A stretch of DNA of 58,896 bases from the NCBI GenBank assembly GCA_963663965.2, contig CAXXFK010000009.1:1-58896 (forward strand), given 5' to 3'. Position 1 is the stretch's first letter, and every line of letters begins with the position of its first letter. The notes beneath the pieces were generated by a model, which was given only the letters and a program-made list of their open reading frames with translations, was not told the DNA's origin and searched no databases. Shown piece after piece: positions 9,788 through 18,979 of this stretch. The DNA comes from Sedimentisphaerales bacterium (GTDB lineage: Bacteria; Planctomycetota; Phycisphaerae; Sedimentisphaerales; SM23-30). The position numbers and the translations under genes were made by a program.

Positions 9788-11485
9788 TCAACGACTTTTT
9801 TTTCGCAGACAGTTGTCATTTAGCACAATATTATGACACTTATTGAAAATGAGTTGCGATTGCGAACCGGTTATCTGGCATTGACTCAAAATCAAATCGT
9901 CAACAAATTCGAATTGCAGATTACCGTCAAATTGACATTCTTCGATTTTAACATGATGAATAACAGGCTCTGATGGCCAGATTATTTGCTGATTGTTGTC
10001 AAACATCTGAGCGGAAAAACTGGCATTTAAATTACGATTGCCGCGCCCAAGAACGAAGGTTGAGTTCGTAATCGTGACATTAGATGGCAATGGCCCTTCA
10101 ATATTTGTTCCATAAAACCAGCAAAAAGAATTTAGTAGGGAGTCATCAATCGTGACAGGTGATTGAAAACGGCAACTTTGAAATATTTTACATCTTCGTA
10201 TCATCGTGTCAGGATTAGCTGAGGTTGCATTCCACAGTTGGTCCCCGGCTTTCAATCCTTTGATTGGAGTATTTAATTGCAATAAGATGATGGGAGCAGT
10301 AGGGCGGTTATTTATATATTCGGTCTTGGGTTTTCCTTTGGCTTCAACGATTAAAGCTTGGCCGGCTAGTTTCCCGCCTGTGACATCGTAGATGACAATC
10401 TGGTCGTTCGGTAGAAAATCGACAATATCCAGAGGATAATTCTGCCTGACTTTAACTTGTTCTGGATTAACGACTTCGACTATTTCTGACATATGGGTCG
10501 CTATGTTAAGCGCATCATCATTCATTCCTTCCAGACGGCATTCTTCCCAGAGCAGGCTGGCTCGATTGGCCTTGACGTGAAAGCCATCTCGCCATACAGA
10601 AGTATGCCGTTGAGTGTCGGGCTTGGGACAGATATTGAAGCGTCGGAAAGATAAATGTCCTTTGTTATGATTCAATCGCACGGCAAACCAGGGCGCCGAC
10701 CACATCTGGATATCTTCAAATTGGATATCTTTACAGGAATCAATCTGGATATTGGCGCCATCCAGCGCGCAATGAGCAATACCCCGTACTGGCACCGTAA
10801 TTAAATCTCGCCCGGTACGAATACTGTCAAAATCTTGAAAATCTGAAAAGAGTCTTACGATTCTTCCATTCGTTTGGCCGTCTGACGGCCTGATAATATT
10901 TGTGACAAAGTAATGTTTACTGGACAGCCGGCCGGGATCTTGTGGCCAGATCATGGCAAACCATGCCTGCTCACCGTTTTGGTGAGTTGGCCCGCCGGTT
11001 GGTGGCATGTCGAAGCCATCCAGAATTCTGACATCGACATAGCGTTCCTGTTTGTTCTTGTCTATAATAATCCCTTCAGCAAAAGGGAGCGGATCGAAGT
11101 CGATCTTGAGATTTTTAATGCTGATATTGCTGGCATTCTCGAGCCACATAAAGCGAACAGGGCTGTTTAGTAGAAACAAAGAGCCGTTTCCGTCGATGCT
11201 TATGTTCTTTACTCTTTCCATCCGGAATAGCCGGATGTTTTCAACCGATTGAATTCGGTAGGTTCTGTTTGGCTCGAAAATGATTGTTACTGGTTTATTC
11301 AGCTTGACGCATTCATGCATCATCCATTGTATCGCTGGTCCATCATCGGTTAGTCCATCACCTGTGACGTCAAATTCCCTCGCACTGATGAGGGTCTCTG
11401 GCGCCAGGGTCGTATCTGCTGAAGTAATGGTCGTGTGAAGCCATATGGCCAACTGGCAGGATAAGAATAATATAATCCTTGTCAT
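9788..11485 (-). CDS. Secreted right-handed beta-helix glycoside hydrolase-like protein (GH110/alpha-galactosidase-like)
   Basis: Signal peptide; 'FDVTGDGLTDDGPAI', 'IDFDPLPFAEG', 'DGFH', 'EGMNDDALNI'. Confidence 0.65.
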   Translation of the reverse strand: MTRIILFLSCQLAIWLHTTITSADTTLAPETLISAREFDVTGDGLTDDGPAIQWMMHECVKLNKPVTIIFEPNRTYRIQSVENIRLFRMERVKNISIDGNGSLFLLNSPVRFMWLENASNISIKNLKIDFDPLPFAEGIIIDKNKQERYVDVRILDGFDMPPTGGPTHQNGEQAWFAMIWPQDPGRLSSKHYFVTNIIRPSDGQTNGRIVRLFSDFQDFDSIRTGRDLITVPVRGIAHCALDGANIQIDSCKDIQFEDIQMWSAPWFAVRLNHNKGHLSFRRFNICPKPDTQRHTSVWRDGFHVKANRASLLWEECRLEGMNDDALNIATHMSEIVEVVNPEQVKVRQNYPLDIVDFLPNDQIVIYDVTGGKLAGQALIVEAKGKPKTEYINNRPTAPIILLQLNTPIKGLKAGDQLWNATSANPDTMIRRCKIFQSCRFQSPVTIDDSLLNSFCWFYGTNIEGPLPSNVTITNSTFVLGRGNRNLNASFSAQMFDNNQQIIWPSEPVIHHVKIEECQFDGNLQFEFVDDLILSQCQITGSQSQLIFNKCHNIVLNDNCLRKKSR

Positions 11486-11561
11486 AGAAGTTTATCATAA
11501 CAGACTTGATTGAATAGGCAATAAAAATGCAATTGTGTTAGCAATGTTTCCTGGTAACAAT

Positions 11562-11598
11562 AAAAAAACCTCGTGATCCTGTTTGAAACCACGAGGTT
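11562..11598 (-). terminator. Rho-independent terminator of the sigma-70 gene
   Basis: Stem AACCTCGTG/CACGAGGTT followed on the - strand by a T7 tract. Confidence 0.7.
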
Positions 11599-11621
11599 GG
11601 ATATTTGAGTTTATTAATGCG

Positions 11622-12437
11622 TTAGACTTCGTCAAAAGTCATTAATTGATTAAGTTTTTCCAGCGCTTCTTTTTCGATTTGGCGCACTCTTTCACGGGTT
11701 AATCCGACACGTTTGCCAATTTCCTTGAGGGTCATGGGTTCTTCATCGCCATTTAGTCCGTAACGGAGCCGTAATATCTCCGCTTCACGGTCATCAATTT
11801 CATCGAGAAGCATACGAATCGTATCCAGTTCATCCGCGTTGAATACCGCTTCATCCGGACGAGGCGTTTTGTCATCTTCCAGCATTTCATTAAGGGCCAT
11901 TTTTTCGTCATCATCGGGCATTTGAGAAGGTGATGAAAAAGCCTTCACCGCGCGCTTAATGATACGAAGCTTTTTGGGCGGTACTTGCATCGCCTGGCCC
12001 ATCTCTTCATTACTGGGTGCCCGGCCCAGTTTGTCTTTGAGTTCCATATAGGATTGCTTCCAGCGGCTGATCATTTCAACCATGTATGCTGGAATATGAA
12101 TGGGTTGTACGCTGTTAATCAGGGCACGCTTAATGGCTTGTTTGATCCACCACGATGCGTAAGTGCTGAATCTGGAGCCAAATGAGGGATCGAAACCTTC
12201 TACGGCTTTTAAAAGCCCGAGATTGCCTTCCTCGATCATGTCGGCCAGCGGCATGCCGCGATTACTGAATTTTTTTGCGATATTGACAACCAAACGTAAA
12301 TTGCTTCGAATCATTTGATCGCGTGCGATCGGATCGCTCTCTTCAATAATACGGCGCGCCAGTTCCTTTTCTTCCTCGGCCGTTAACAGTGGGGCGGCGT
12401 TGATTTCTTCCAGATAGACCTGTAAGGATGAGTCCAC
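11622..12437 (-). CDS. RNA polymerase sigma-70 factor, RpoD/SigA family (short, group-2-like, lacks region 1.1)
   Basis: 'YLEEI...LLTAEEEKELA', 'NLRLVVNIAK', 'RFSTYASWWIKQAI', 'TLKEIGKRVGLTRERVRQIE'. Confidence 0.92.
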   Translation of the reverse strand: MDSSLQVYLEEINAAPLLTAEEEKELARRIIEESDPIARDQMIRSNLRLVVNIAKKFSNRGMPLADMIEEGNLGLLKAVEGFDPSFGSRFSTYASWWIKQAIKRALINSVQPIHIPAYMVEMISRWKQSYMELKDKLGRAPSNEEMGQAMQVPPKKLRIIKRAVKAFSSPSQMPDDDEKMALNEMLEDDKTPRPDEAVFNADELDTIRMLLDEIDDREAEILRLRYGLNGDEEPMTLKEIGKRVGLTRERVRQIEKEALEKLNQLMTFDEV

Positions 12438-12595
12438 GGTGTTCGCCTCTCTGAAGTAACGAAAAACTTTGCTTTTTAATAAGTTAAGTACCGATTATTT
12501 CTACGAAAAATAATCCGCTTCAGTTCCTGATTATTATATCGGACTTATACAAATCTGGAACAAAAAAAGTCTTTTGCATATTTCCAAATGATAAA

Positions 12596-12630
12596 GAATA
12601 GGGCAGCCCAGCTATGGGTCCGCCCTGTTT
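12596..12630 (-). terminator. Probable terminator hairpin downstream of rpsA
   Basis: On the - strand: AGGGCGGACCCA-tagc-TGGGCTGCCCT followed by ATTCTTT. Confidence 0.5.
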
Positions 12631-12700
12631 ATTATCTTTGTCATTTAGATTATCGGTAATCCCGGTGGAAAAATTCAAAATAAGACCCGGGACTTAAGTT

Positions 12701-14521
12701 TTATTCCTGATCGGGAGCCGGTTGCTTTTCTGATTCGGTCGGTTGAACTGGTTTTACCGGTTGAGCCGCTCGCTTGAGCAGGGAGGCATCGATCAGATTG
12801 GAACCCCCGCCCAGACCGGCTACGCCATCAAGACCGCCGCGCTGTGTGGCTTTGCCTGATTGTTCTTCATCTTCATGCTGCCATTGGGCGCGTTTCAGAG
12901 ACAGGCCGATTTTGCGGTCTTCGATATCGACACGCAGTATCTTGACTTCTACCTCTTCACCCGGCTTGACGATATCCTGGGGACCTTCGACTTTTTCGTC
13001 GGAAAGCTCGGAAATATGCAGTAAACCTTCGAGATCGCGTTCCAGCTCGATGAAGACACCAAAATTGGTCAGTTTGGTCACTTTGCCTTTCACAATCTGG
13101 CCGGCGATATACTTTTCCGGAATGGCGCGCGCCCAGGGATCTTCGGTCATCTGCTTCAGACCCAAACCAACACGCTGTTTTTCCTGGTCGACGTTGAGCA
13201 CAACACAGGTAATGGTATCACCTTTCTTGAGCATTTCGCCCGGATGGCTGATTTTCTTGGTCCAACTCATGTCAGATACGTGCAACAGGCCATCGATACC
13301 TTCTTCGATTTCGATGAAAGCGCCATAATTAGCCAGATTACGTACGCGGCCTTCCACCAGTGTTCCGGGCGGGTATTTGTGAACGACCTGGACCCAGGGA
13401 TTCTCAGTAAGCTGTTTAATACCCAGTGAAATTTCCTGTTTTTCTGGAATGACTTCCAGCACCACCACATCGATTTCCTGGCCTACGCTGAGGATTTCGC
13501 TGGGATGATTGATGCGTTTGGTCCAGCTCATCTCGCTGATATGCACCAGACCCTCGATGCCTTCTTCCAGTTTGATAAAGGCGCCGTAGTTGGTGATATT
13601 GACCACCGTGCCCTTGACCATATGATGGACTGGATAACGTTCTTTAGCGGAAATCCACGGACTTTCGGATTTCTGCTTGAGACCCAGCGCGATTTTTTCT
13701 TTGTCGTAATCGATACTGAGAATTTTGACTTCGATATCCTGATCCAGTTCGACCAGTTCTGATGGGTGATTCACGCGGCCCCAGCTCATATCGGTAATAT
13801 GCAGCAAACCATCGAGCCCGCCCAGATCGATGAACGCGCCAAAATCGGCAATGTTCTTGACGATACCTTTGCGGATCTGACCAACCTGCAGTTCTTTGAG
13901 CAGGGTGTCTTTCGCGTTGGCGCGTCTTTCTTCCATCAGTTTGCGGCGCGAAATGACGATATTACGGCGTTCAAGGTCTATTTTTAGAATCTTGGCCTCA
14001 ATTTCCCGGTTAAGAAATTCTGATATATCGTTGGGACGACGAATGTCAACTTGGGATGCCGGCAAAAAGACCGGGACACCCACATCAACCAGCAAGCCGC
14101 CTTTGATGCGACGTGTGACTTTGCCAAGGATGACATCGCCTTCATTTTTGGTTTCAATAATACGTTCCCAGCCCCGGATGCGATCGGCCTTGCGTTTGCT
14201 CAAAACGACTAAACCGCTATCGCTTTCCACGGATTCCAGCATCACCTCGACGGCGTCGCCCATTTGAATTTCGGACTCGTCGTCAAATTCGGATACATGA
14301 ACCGTTCCTTCACTTTTCAGGCCCAGTTCTATCATCACTTCGTCGCCAATTCGATTGACGATGGTGCCTTTTAGAATCATGCCAGGTTCGAAATCGCTGA
14401 CGGTTTTGTCGATCATATCCAGCATGCTGGATATGTCAGAGGTACCCAGCGCAGCATGAATCTGGGCCTCAATTTCAGCTTCATTGATTTCAAAATCCCT
14501 GTAAATACTTCTGTCAACCAT
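12701..14521 (-). CDS. rpsA: 30S ribosomal protein S1
   Basis: Six S1 repeats, e.g. 'FGAFIDLGGLDGLLHITDMSW', 'YGAFIKLEEGIEGLVHISEMSW', 'FGVFIELERDLEGLLHISEL'. Confidence 0.97.
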   Translation of the reverse strand: MVDRSIYRDFEINEAEIEAQIHAALGTSDISSMLDMIDKTVSDFEPGMILKGTIVNRIGDEVMIELGLKSEGTVHVSEFDDESEIQMGDAVEVMLESVESDSGLVVLSKRKADRIRGWERIIETKNEGDVILGKVTRRIKGGLLVDVGVPVFLPASQVDIRRPNDISEFLNREIEAKILKIDLERRNIVISRRKLMEERRANAKDTLLKELQVGQIRKGIVKNIADFGAFIDLGGLDGLLHITDMSWGRVNHPSELVELDQDIEVKILSIDYDKEKIALGLKQKSESPWISAKERYPVHHMVKGTVVNITNYGAFIKLEEGIEGLVHISEMSWTKRINHPSEILSVGQEIDVVVLEVIPEKQEISLGIKQLTENPWVQVVHKYPPGTLVEGRVRNLANYGAFIEIEEGIDGLLHVSDMSWTKKISHPGEMLKKGDTITCVVLNVDQEKQRVGLGLKQMTEDPWARAIPEKYIAGQIVKGKVTKLTNFGVFIELERDLEGLLHISELSDEKVEGPQDIVKPGEEVEVKILRVDIEDRKIGLSLKRAQWQHEDEEQSGKATQRGGLDGVAGLGGGSNLIDASLLKRAAQPVKPVQPTESEKQPAPDQE

Positions 14522-14537
14522 GTTACCAATACACTCA

Positions 14538-14589
14538 CTACCGGGCGATTTCAGGTTTTCTCCGTATCGCCCGTAGGATACGGAACCTG
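14538..14589 (-). promoter_or_regulatory. Structured rpsA 5' leader (hairpin with pseudoknot/alternative pairing), candidate autoregulatory element
   Basis: - strand: CAGGT-TCCGTATC-ctacgggc-GATACGGA-gaa-AACCTG, then ATCGCCCGGTAG, which is complementary to the loop region; no canonical SD before the ATG. Confidence 0.5.
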
Positions 14590-14626
14590 TTATGATATAT
14601 ATTTACTCCACAATATGGAATCGAAC

Positions 14627-14655
14627 ATTAAACCGGGTTTCAGTTAAAAAGTCAA
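14627..14655 (-). promoter_or_regulatory. Sigma-70-type promoter for rpsA
   Basis: TTGACT-N17-TTTAAT on the - strand, about 105 nt upstream of the start codon. Confidence 0.6.
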
Positions 14656-14951
14656 TAATTTAATAAAATAAAGGGATGGAAAAAACAGAATTATGACGAG
14701 ACGTAAATATGTAACATATTGCCATACAAGTATATATGTCGTATTATGAGTGCGATAACTGGATAGTCAAAGATGCTCTGGCATTTTCTCGGGTTGTGGT
14801 TCTGCCTGAATCTTATGATGAATTTGAGGAAGTCATATTAAATTAATATTATCGGTCGCAAGGAAGTTATCCGGCTTAACGTTAGGTAATTGATATGGTT
14901 CCACATAAGATATGCATCCAGGTAACTGTCAAATTTCAAGGAAATCTGTCC

Positions 14952-16595
14952 ATGCCTAGCAAAAAGTTGACATTGAATGTTGTAGCGAAAATGACCCTGG
15001 TTTTAATTGGCTTAATTATTGGTATCAAAACGTCTTATGGGGCGGGCTTTCTTCATACCCAGGGCCAGAATATGGTTGACCAGGATGGGAATGTCGTGCT
15101 GTTGCGAGGAGTAGGCCTGGGAAACTGGCTGCTGCCCGAAGGCTACATGTGGAAATTCGGCAATAATGGCGACCGGCCGCGTAAAATAGAAGCGATGATT
15201 GATGAAATGATCGGTACTCAGGCGGCTGAACAGTTCTGGCTGGATTTCCGCCGTAACTATATTACTGAAGCGGATATCCGCCGAATTGCCGAATTGGGCT
15301 TTAATTCGGTTCGTCCCGCATTGAATGCACGCCGATTTTTAACCGAAGGAAATAATCCGGTTTATGTCCAGGAGGGTTTTGAATTGCTGGATAACCTGGT
15401 TAACTGGTGTAAAAAATATCAATTATATGTGATCATGGATATGCATGGGGCTCCGGGCGGTCAGACGGGGGCGAATATTGATGATAGTCCGAATGATCAG
15501 CCGGAATTATTCAGTAATCCGGAAAACCAGAAACGTCTGATTGATTTATGGATTAAAATTGCCGAGCGCTATAAAGATGAATCCACTGTGGCAGCCTATG
15601 ATCTGCTGAATGAGCCGCTGCCGGCCCGAACGGGTGCCGCCGAAAAATATAAAGCTCAATTGGAGCCATTATACAAAAAAATTACTCAGGCAATTCGTAC
15701 AGTAGATAAAAAACACATGATTACACTGGAAGGATGCGATTGGGCCAACGACTGGTCCGTTTTTTCGCGACCCTTCGATGACAATGTCTTCTATCAGTTT
15801 CATTATTACTGCTGGGACAGTGTTGAAACTTTGAAAGGCGTCGATGATTTCATTGCGCGTCGAGCCAGATTTAATACTCCGGTTTGGGTTGGTGAGACGG
15901 GTGAAAAGAACAATACGATCTATTGGGGAACGACGCAATACTTTGAAGCCAATAATATCGGTTGGTCATTCTGGCCCTGGAAAAAGATGGATACTGGCAA
16001 TACGCCCTATTCGATCAAGCGTCCGACAGGATGGGAACAGATCGTCAATTATTCCCGGGGTCGTGAAAAACCGTCACGGCAACTCGCGCAGAAAGCATTG
16101 GATGAGTTGCTGGAAAACATCAAACTGGAAAACTGTATCTATTATCCAGATGTGGTTAATGCCATATTGCGACGGGCGCCGGGTATCGTTGAGGCGGAAA
16201 ACTACGGCCATGAAGGCGCCGGTAAGTCGTATTTTATTCTGAATACCAAACAAAATTCTCAATTATATCGTAAATCGGAGCCGGTTCCCGTCATAGCCGA
16301 TGACGAACGCGGTGAACGAAAAAGCGTTCGATTGCAGGCAAATGAATGGACGGCCTATGTGATCAATAGTGAACATCCGCAAAAGTATCATTGTTTCGCC
16401 AGGGTCAAGGCGGAAACCTCACCAACCGTCCTGATTTTTACTTCGGGACGTTATCAGATACCAATCAAATTGGAAAATACGGATTGGAAAGAAATTGATC
16501 TGGGTGAAATACCGCTGATCGGAAGAGAAAATCGTTTCCAGATTAAAGTGCAAAATGGGCAGGTATTGATCGATTGGTTCCGCTTTGACGAATGA
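14952..16595 (+). CDS. Glycoside hydrolase family 5 (cellulase-like) with C-terminal CBM6/CBM35-like module
   Basis: 'LRGVGLGNWLLPEGYM', 'GFNSVR', 'IMDMHGAPGGQ', 'YDLLNEP' (acid/base), 'FHYY', 'VWVGETG' (nucleophile), 'WSFWPWK'; C-terminal 'VEAENY...IDWFRF'. Start uncertain (14895/14952/14991). Confidence 0.88.
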   Translation: MPSKKLTLNVVAKMTLVLIGLIIGIKTSYGAGFLHTQGQNMVDQDGNVVLLRGVGLGNWLLPEGYMWKFGNNGDRPRKIEAMIDEMIGTQAAEQFWLDFRRNYITEADIRRIAELGFNSVRPALNARRFLTEGNNPVYVQEGFELLDNLVNWCKKYQLYVIMDMHGAPGGQTGANIDDSPNDQPELFSNPENQKRLIDLWIKIAERYKDESTVAAYDLLNEPLPARTGAAEKYKAQLEPLYKKITQAIRTVDKKHMITLEGCDWANDWSVFSRPFDDNVFYQFHYYCWDSVETLKGVDDFIARRARFNTPVWVGETGEKNNTIYWGTTQYFEANNIGWSFWPWKKMDTGNTPYSIKRPTGWEQIVNYSRGREKPSRQLAQKALDELLENIKLENCIYYPDVVNAILRRAPGIVEAENYGHEGAGKSYFILNTKQNSQLYRKSEPVPVIADDERGERKSVRLQANEWTAYVINSEHPQKYHCFARVKAETSPTVLIFTSGRYQIPIKLENTDWKEIDLGEIPLIGRENRFQIKVQNGQVLIDWFRFDE

Positions 16596-16632
16596 CTGCT
16601 GAACCTTGACAACGTGATCAAAGCTCAGCATA

Positions 16633-16662
16633 CCAGTAACTGGTTGGTCTGCCAGTTACTGG
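16633..16662. terminator. Hairpin between convergent GH5 and helicase genes
   Basis: CCAGTAACTGG-8 nt-CCAGTTACTGG, a perfect 11-bp inverted repeat. Confidence 0.55.
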
Positions 16663-16679
16663 CGCATTAATTTTGGTTT

Positions 16680-18050
16680 TCAGGAAGAGCGGCGTCGAAA
16701 TTTTTTGCTGCCGTTGAAGCTGCTTTGTCGCGAAGAGCTATTTCCGCCCAATGACTTCTTATTAGCCGTTTGCCCGGAGCGTTGCGAAAAATTTCCACTG
16801 GAGTTTTTCGGTTTAGCAGATGACTTCTGATATTTGTTGAACCGGTATTTGCCTGGGCGATTGGAGTGCTTCTTTGCGCCCTCACCAGAAGAAGTTGCCG
16901 GAGGAACTATGGGGAATTCGTAGACAAAATCATCACAGGTTTTCATGTCAAATTTTCGGCCAATAAATTTCTCGATTTGCTTCAGATGGCGGTGTTCTTC
17001 ATGGGCGACGAAAGTAATGGCATCCCCAGTGGAACTGGCGCGTCCGGTTCGGCCTATCCGATGAATATAATCTTCAGCATAGGCCGGTACATCATAATTA
17101 ATGACATGCGAGATCCCTTCGATATCAATGCCGCGTGCGGCAATATCGGTGGCGACCATAATGCGGAATTTCCCATCTTTAAATCCAGCCAGAGCTTTAA
17201 TCCGCTGGCGTTGAGTGCGATCGGCATGGATCGCTACTGTGGCGATATCGGATTTGTTCAGGCGCCAGCAAAGACGGTCTGCGCCATGTTTGGTGCGGGT
17301 AAAGATCAATACGCTGTCCATGTGTTCGGATTCCAGCATGTGTAATAGCAACCCGATTTTCTGCTGCTGCTGAACGGGATATACGTGCTGGGTGATCGTA
17401 TCGATGGGATTATGGCGTTTCCCCACCTGAATCATTTGCGGCTCTTTTTGGATACTTTCGGTTAATGATTTAATTTCAGGGGATAAAGTGGCCGAAAATA
17501 GCATGGTTTGACGTTCGCTCGGAATGGCTTTGGCAATTTTATAGACATCTTTTACAAATCCCATGTCCAGCATACGGTCCGCCTCATCCAGCACCAGAAT
17601 CTGAATCTGGCCCAGATCGATCGTCTCTCGTTTCATATGGTCCAGTAATCGTCCGGGCGTACAGATAGCAATATCCACACCCCGTTGCAGGGCCTTGATC
17701 TGATTTTCGATACTGACCCCGCCATAGATTGCCAGGGTGCGCAGTTTCATGAATTGGCCGTATTCGGCGATGGCCGCTTCGACTTGAAGCGCCAGTTCCC
17801 GGGTCGGAGTCAGGATTAACGCGTGAACCTGCTTTTTGCTCGGCTTGTTTTTTCGAAAGGTTAACTGCTGAAGCATGGGCAGAACAAACGCGGCGGTCTT
17901 GCCCGTACCGGTCTGGGCGCACGCGATCAGATCGGTACCGGCTAGAGCGACAGGAATCGCCTGGGCCTGAATCGGAGTAGGGGCGGTATAGCCCGCGGCT
18001 TGAATTCCTTGAAACAACAAATCATTAAAACTGAATTTAGTAAATGGCAT
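16680..18050 (-). CDS. rhlE: DEAD-box ATP-dependent RNA helicase (RhlE-like)
   Basis: Q motif PTPIQ, AQTGTGKT, PTRELA, TPGRL, DEAD, SAT, ARGID, HRIGRTGR; basic C-terminal tail. Confidence 0.9.
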   Translation of the reverse strand: MPFTKFSFNDLLFQGIQAAGYTAPTPIQAQAIPVALAGTDLIACAQTGTGKTAAFVLPMLQQLTFRKNKPSKKQVHALILTPTRELALQVEAAIAEYGQFMKLRTLAIYGGVSIENQIKALQRGVDIAICTPGRLLDHMKRETIDLGQIQILVLDEADRMLDMGFVKDVYKIAKAIPSERQTMLFSATLSPEIKSLTESIQKEPQMIQVGKRHNPIDTITQHVYPVQQQQKIGLLLHMLESEHMDSVLIFTRTKHGADRLCWRLNKSDIATVAIHADRTQRQRIKALAGFKDGKFRIMVATDIAARGIDIEGISHVINYDVPAYAEDYIHRIGRTGRASSTGDAITFVAHEEHRHLKQIEKFIGRKFDMKTCDDFVYEFPIVPPATSSGEGAKKHSNRPGKYRFNKYQKSSAKPKNSSGNFSQRSGQTANKKSLGGNSSSRQSSFNGSKKFRRRSS

Positions 18051-18540
18051 GAAAATCCTGTAAAATATGAGTTAGATCTCTAAAGCAATTATCCGATTGC
18101 TTGTAGTTTTATATTTTTAACAATTGGAGTTATGGACCGAAGCAGGCATCCGGAGGTATATCCCTTTGTAGCTATTTGAGATTCTTGTTTCATCAAATAG
18201 TTTTCGCGTTTAGTGTATCTGCGATTTCTCAGAATCAAATAGAGAAACGTTGTATACTAAAAACGCAAATTAGAATAGGGGTATCAGGCCTGCGAGGAAT
18301 GCGTATCGAATATACTAGATACTTTAATCATGTAATTATATCGTCTTATACCAATATTGCAAGTTAAATCTGGCATCTGGACCGGCCGGCGGGGTGATCA
18401 TTAAATGATCTGAGATGTTAAGCGGGTCGAGTTGCTGTAACCTGTTGTCAGAAAATGACATACGCAGTATTTATTCATGCCGGAATCATCGTTGAACGCA
18501 TACGCATTAATCGGTTATAATCTCCAATTGCAAAGATTTA

Positions 18541-18933
18541 ATGATTTTTTTGCTGGACAATTTTCTGACAATTGGCAGGAAGATGTTAAAATTCGATCTC
18601 CATAATAGTTGTGATGTATATAACCTTATTGAAGCGATATTCTGGTGTGCAGTCGGGGTATTCTGCTTGATACGTTTCCTGTTTGAGAAAGTTGCCTTCC
18701 GTCGAAGGATAACCGGAATCTTATCGTGCTTTTTTGTTTTATTTGGAATCTCAGACTTGATTGAGATTAACACAGGTGCCTGGTGGCGTCCAATTTGGTT
18801 GCTGGCACTGAAAGGGCTTTGTCTGGGAATTTTTGCCTTGTGTGGTTGGATAATATACCGGCGTTCCAGAATATCTCAGGGCGGTCAAGCCGCAACCAAA
18901 AATAATGGAACTCTGCTCGGAGATGAAATATAG
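18541..18933 (+). CDS. Small integral membrane protein (3 TM); its 3' end runs into the mobile-element direct repeat
   Basis: 'YNLIEAIFW...FFVLFGISDLIEINTGAWWRPIWLLALKGLC'. The last codons (QGGQAATK) are read from the 23-bp repeat. Confidence 0.6.
   Translation: MIFLLDNFLTIGRKMLKFDLHNSCDVYNLIEAIFWCAVGVFCLIRFLFEKVAFRRRITGILSCFFVLFGISDLIEINTGAWWRPIWLLALKGLCLGIFALCGWIIYRRSRISQGGQAATKNNGTLLGDEI
18877..18899 (+). repeat. Left 23-bp direct repeat
   Basis: Identical to 20529-20551; contains the mini-hairpin GCGG-tcaag-CCGC. Confidence 0.95.
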
Positions 18934-18979
18934 TAGCATCCTCATAAAGGTTAACCACAACGAATACGAGGACACTACT

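Noticed and set aside
11622..12437. Calling this gene rpoD or rpoS
   Set aside because: At 271 aa it lacks region 1.1, and orthology cannot be fixed without phylogeny.
18051..18540. ncRNA or small ORF in the 490-bp intergenic region
   Set aside because: No tRNA-like fold, strong hairpin or credible coding signal was visible.
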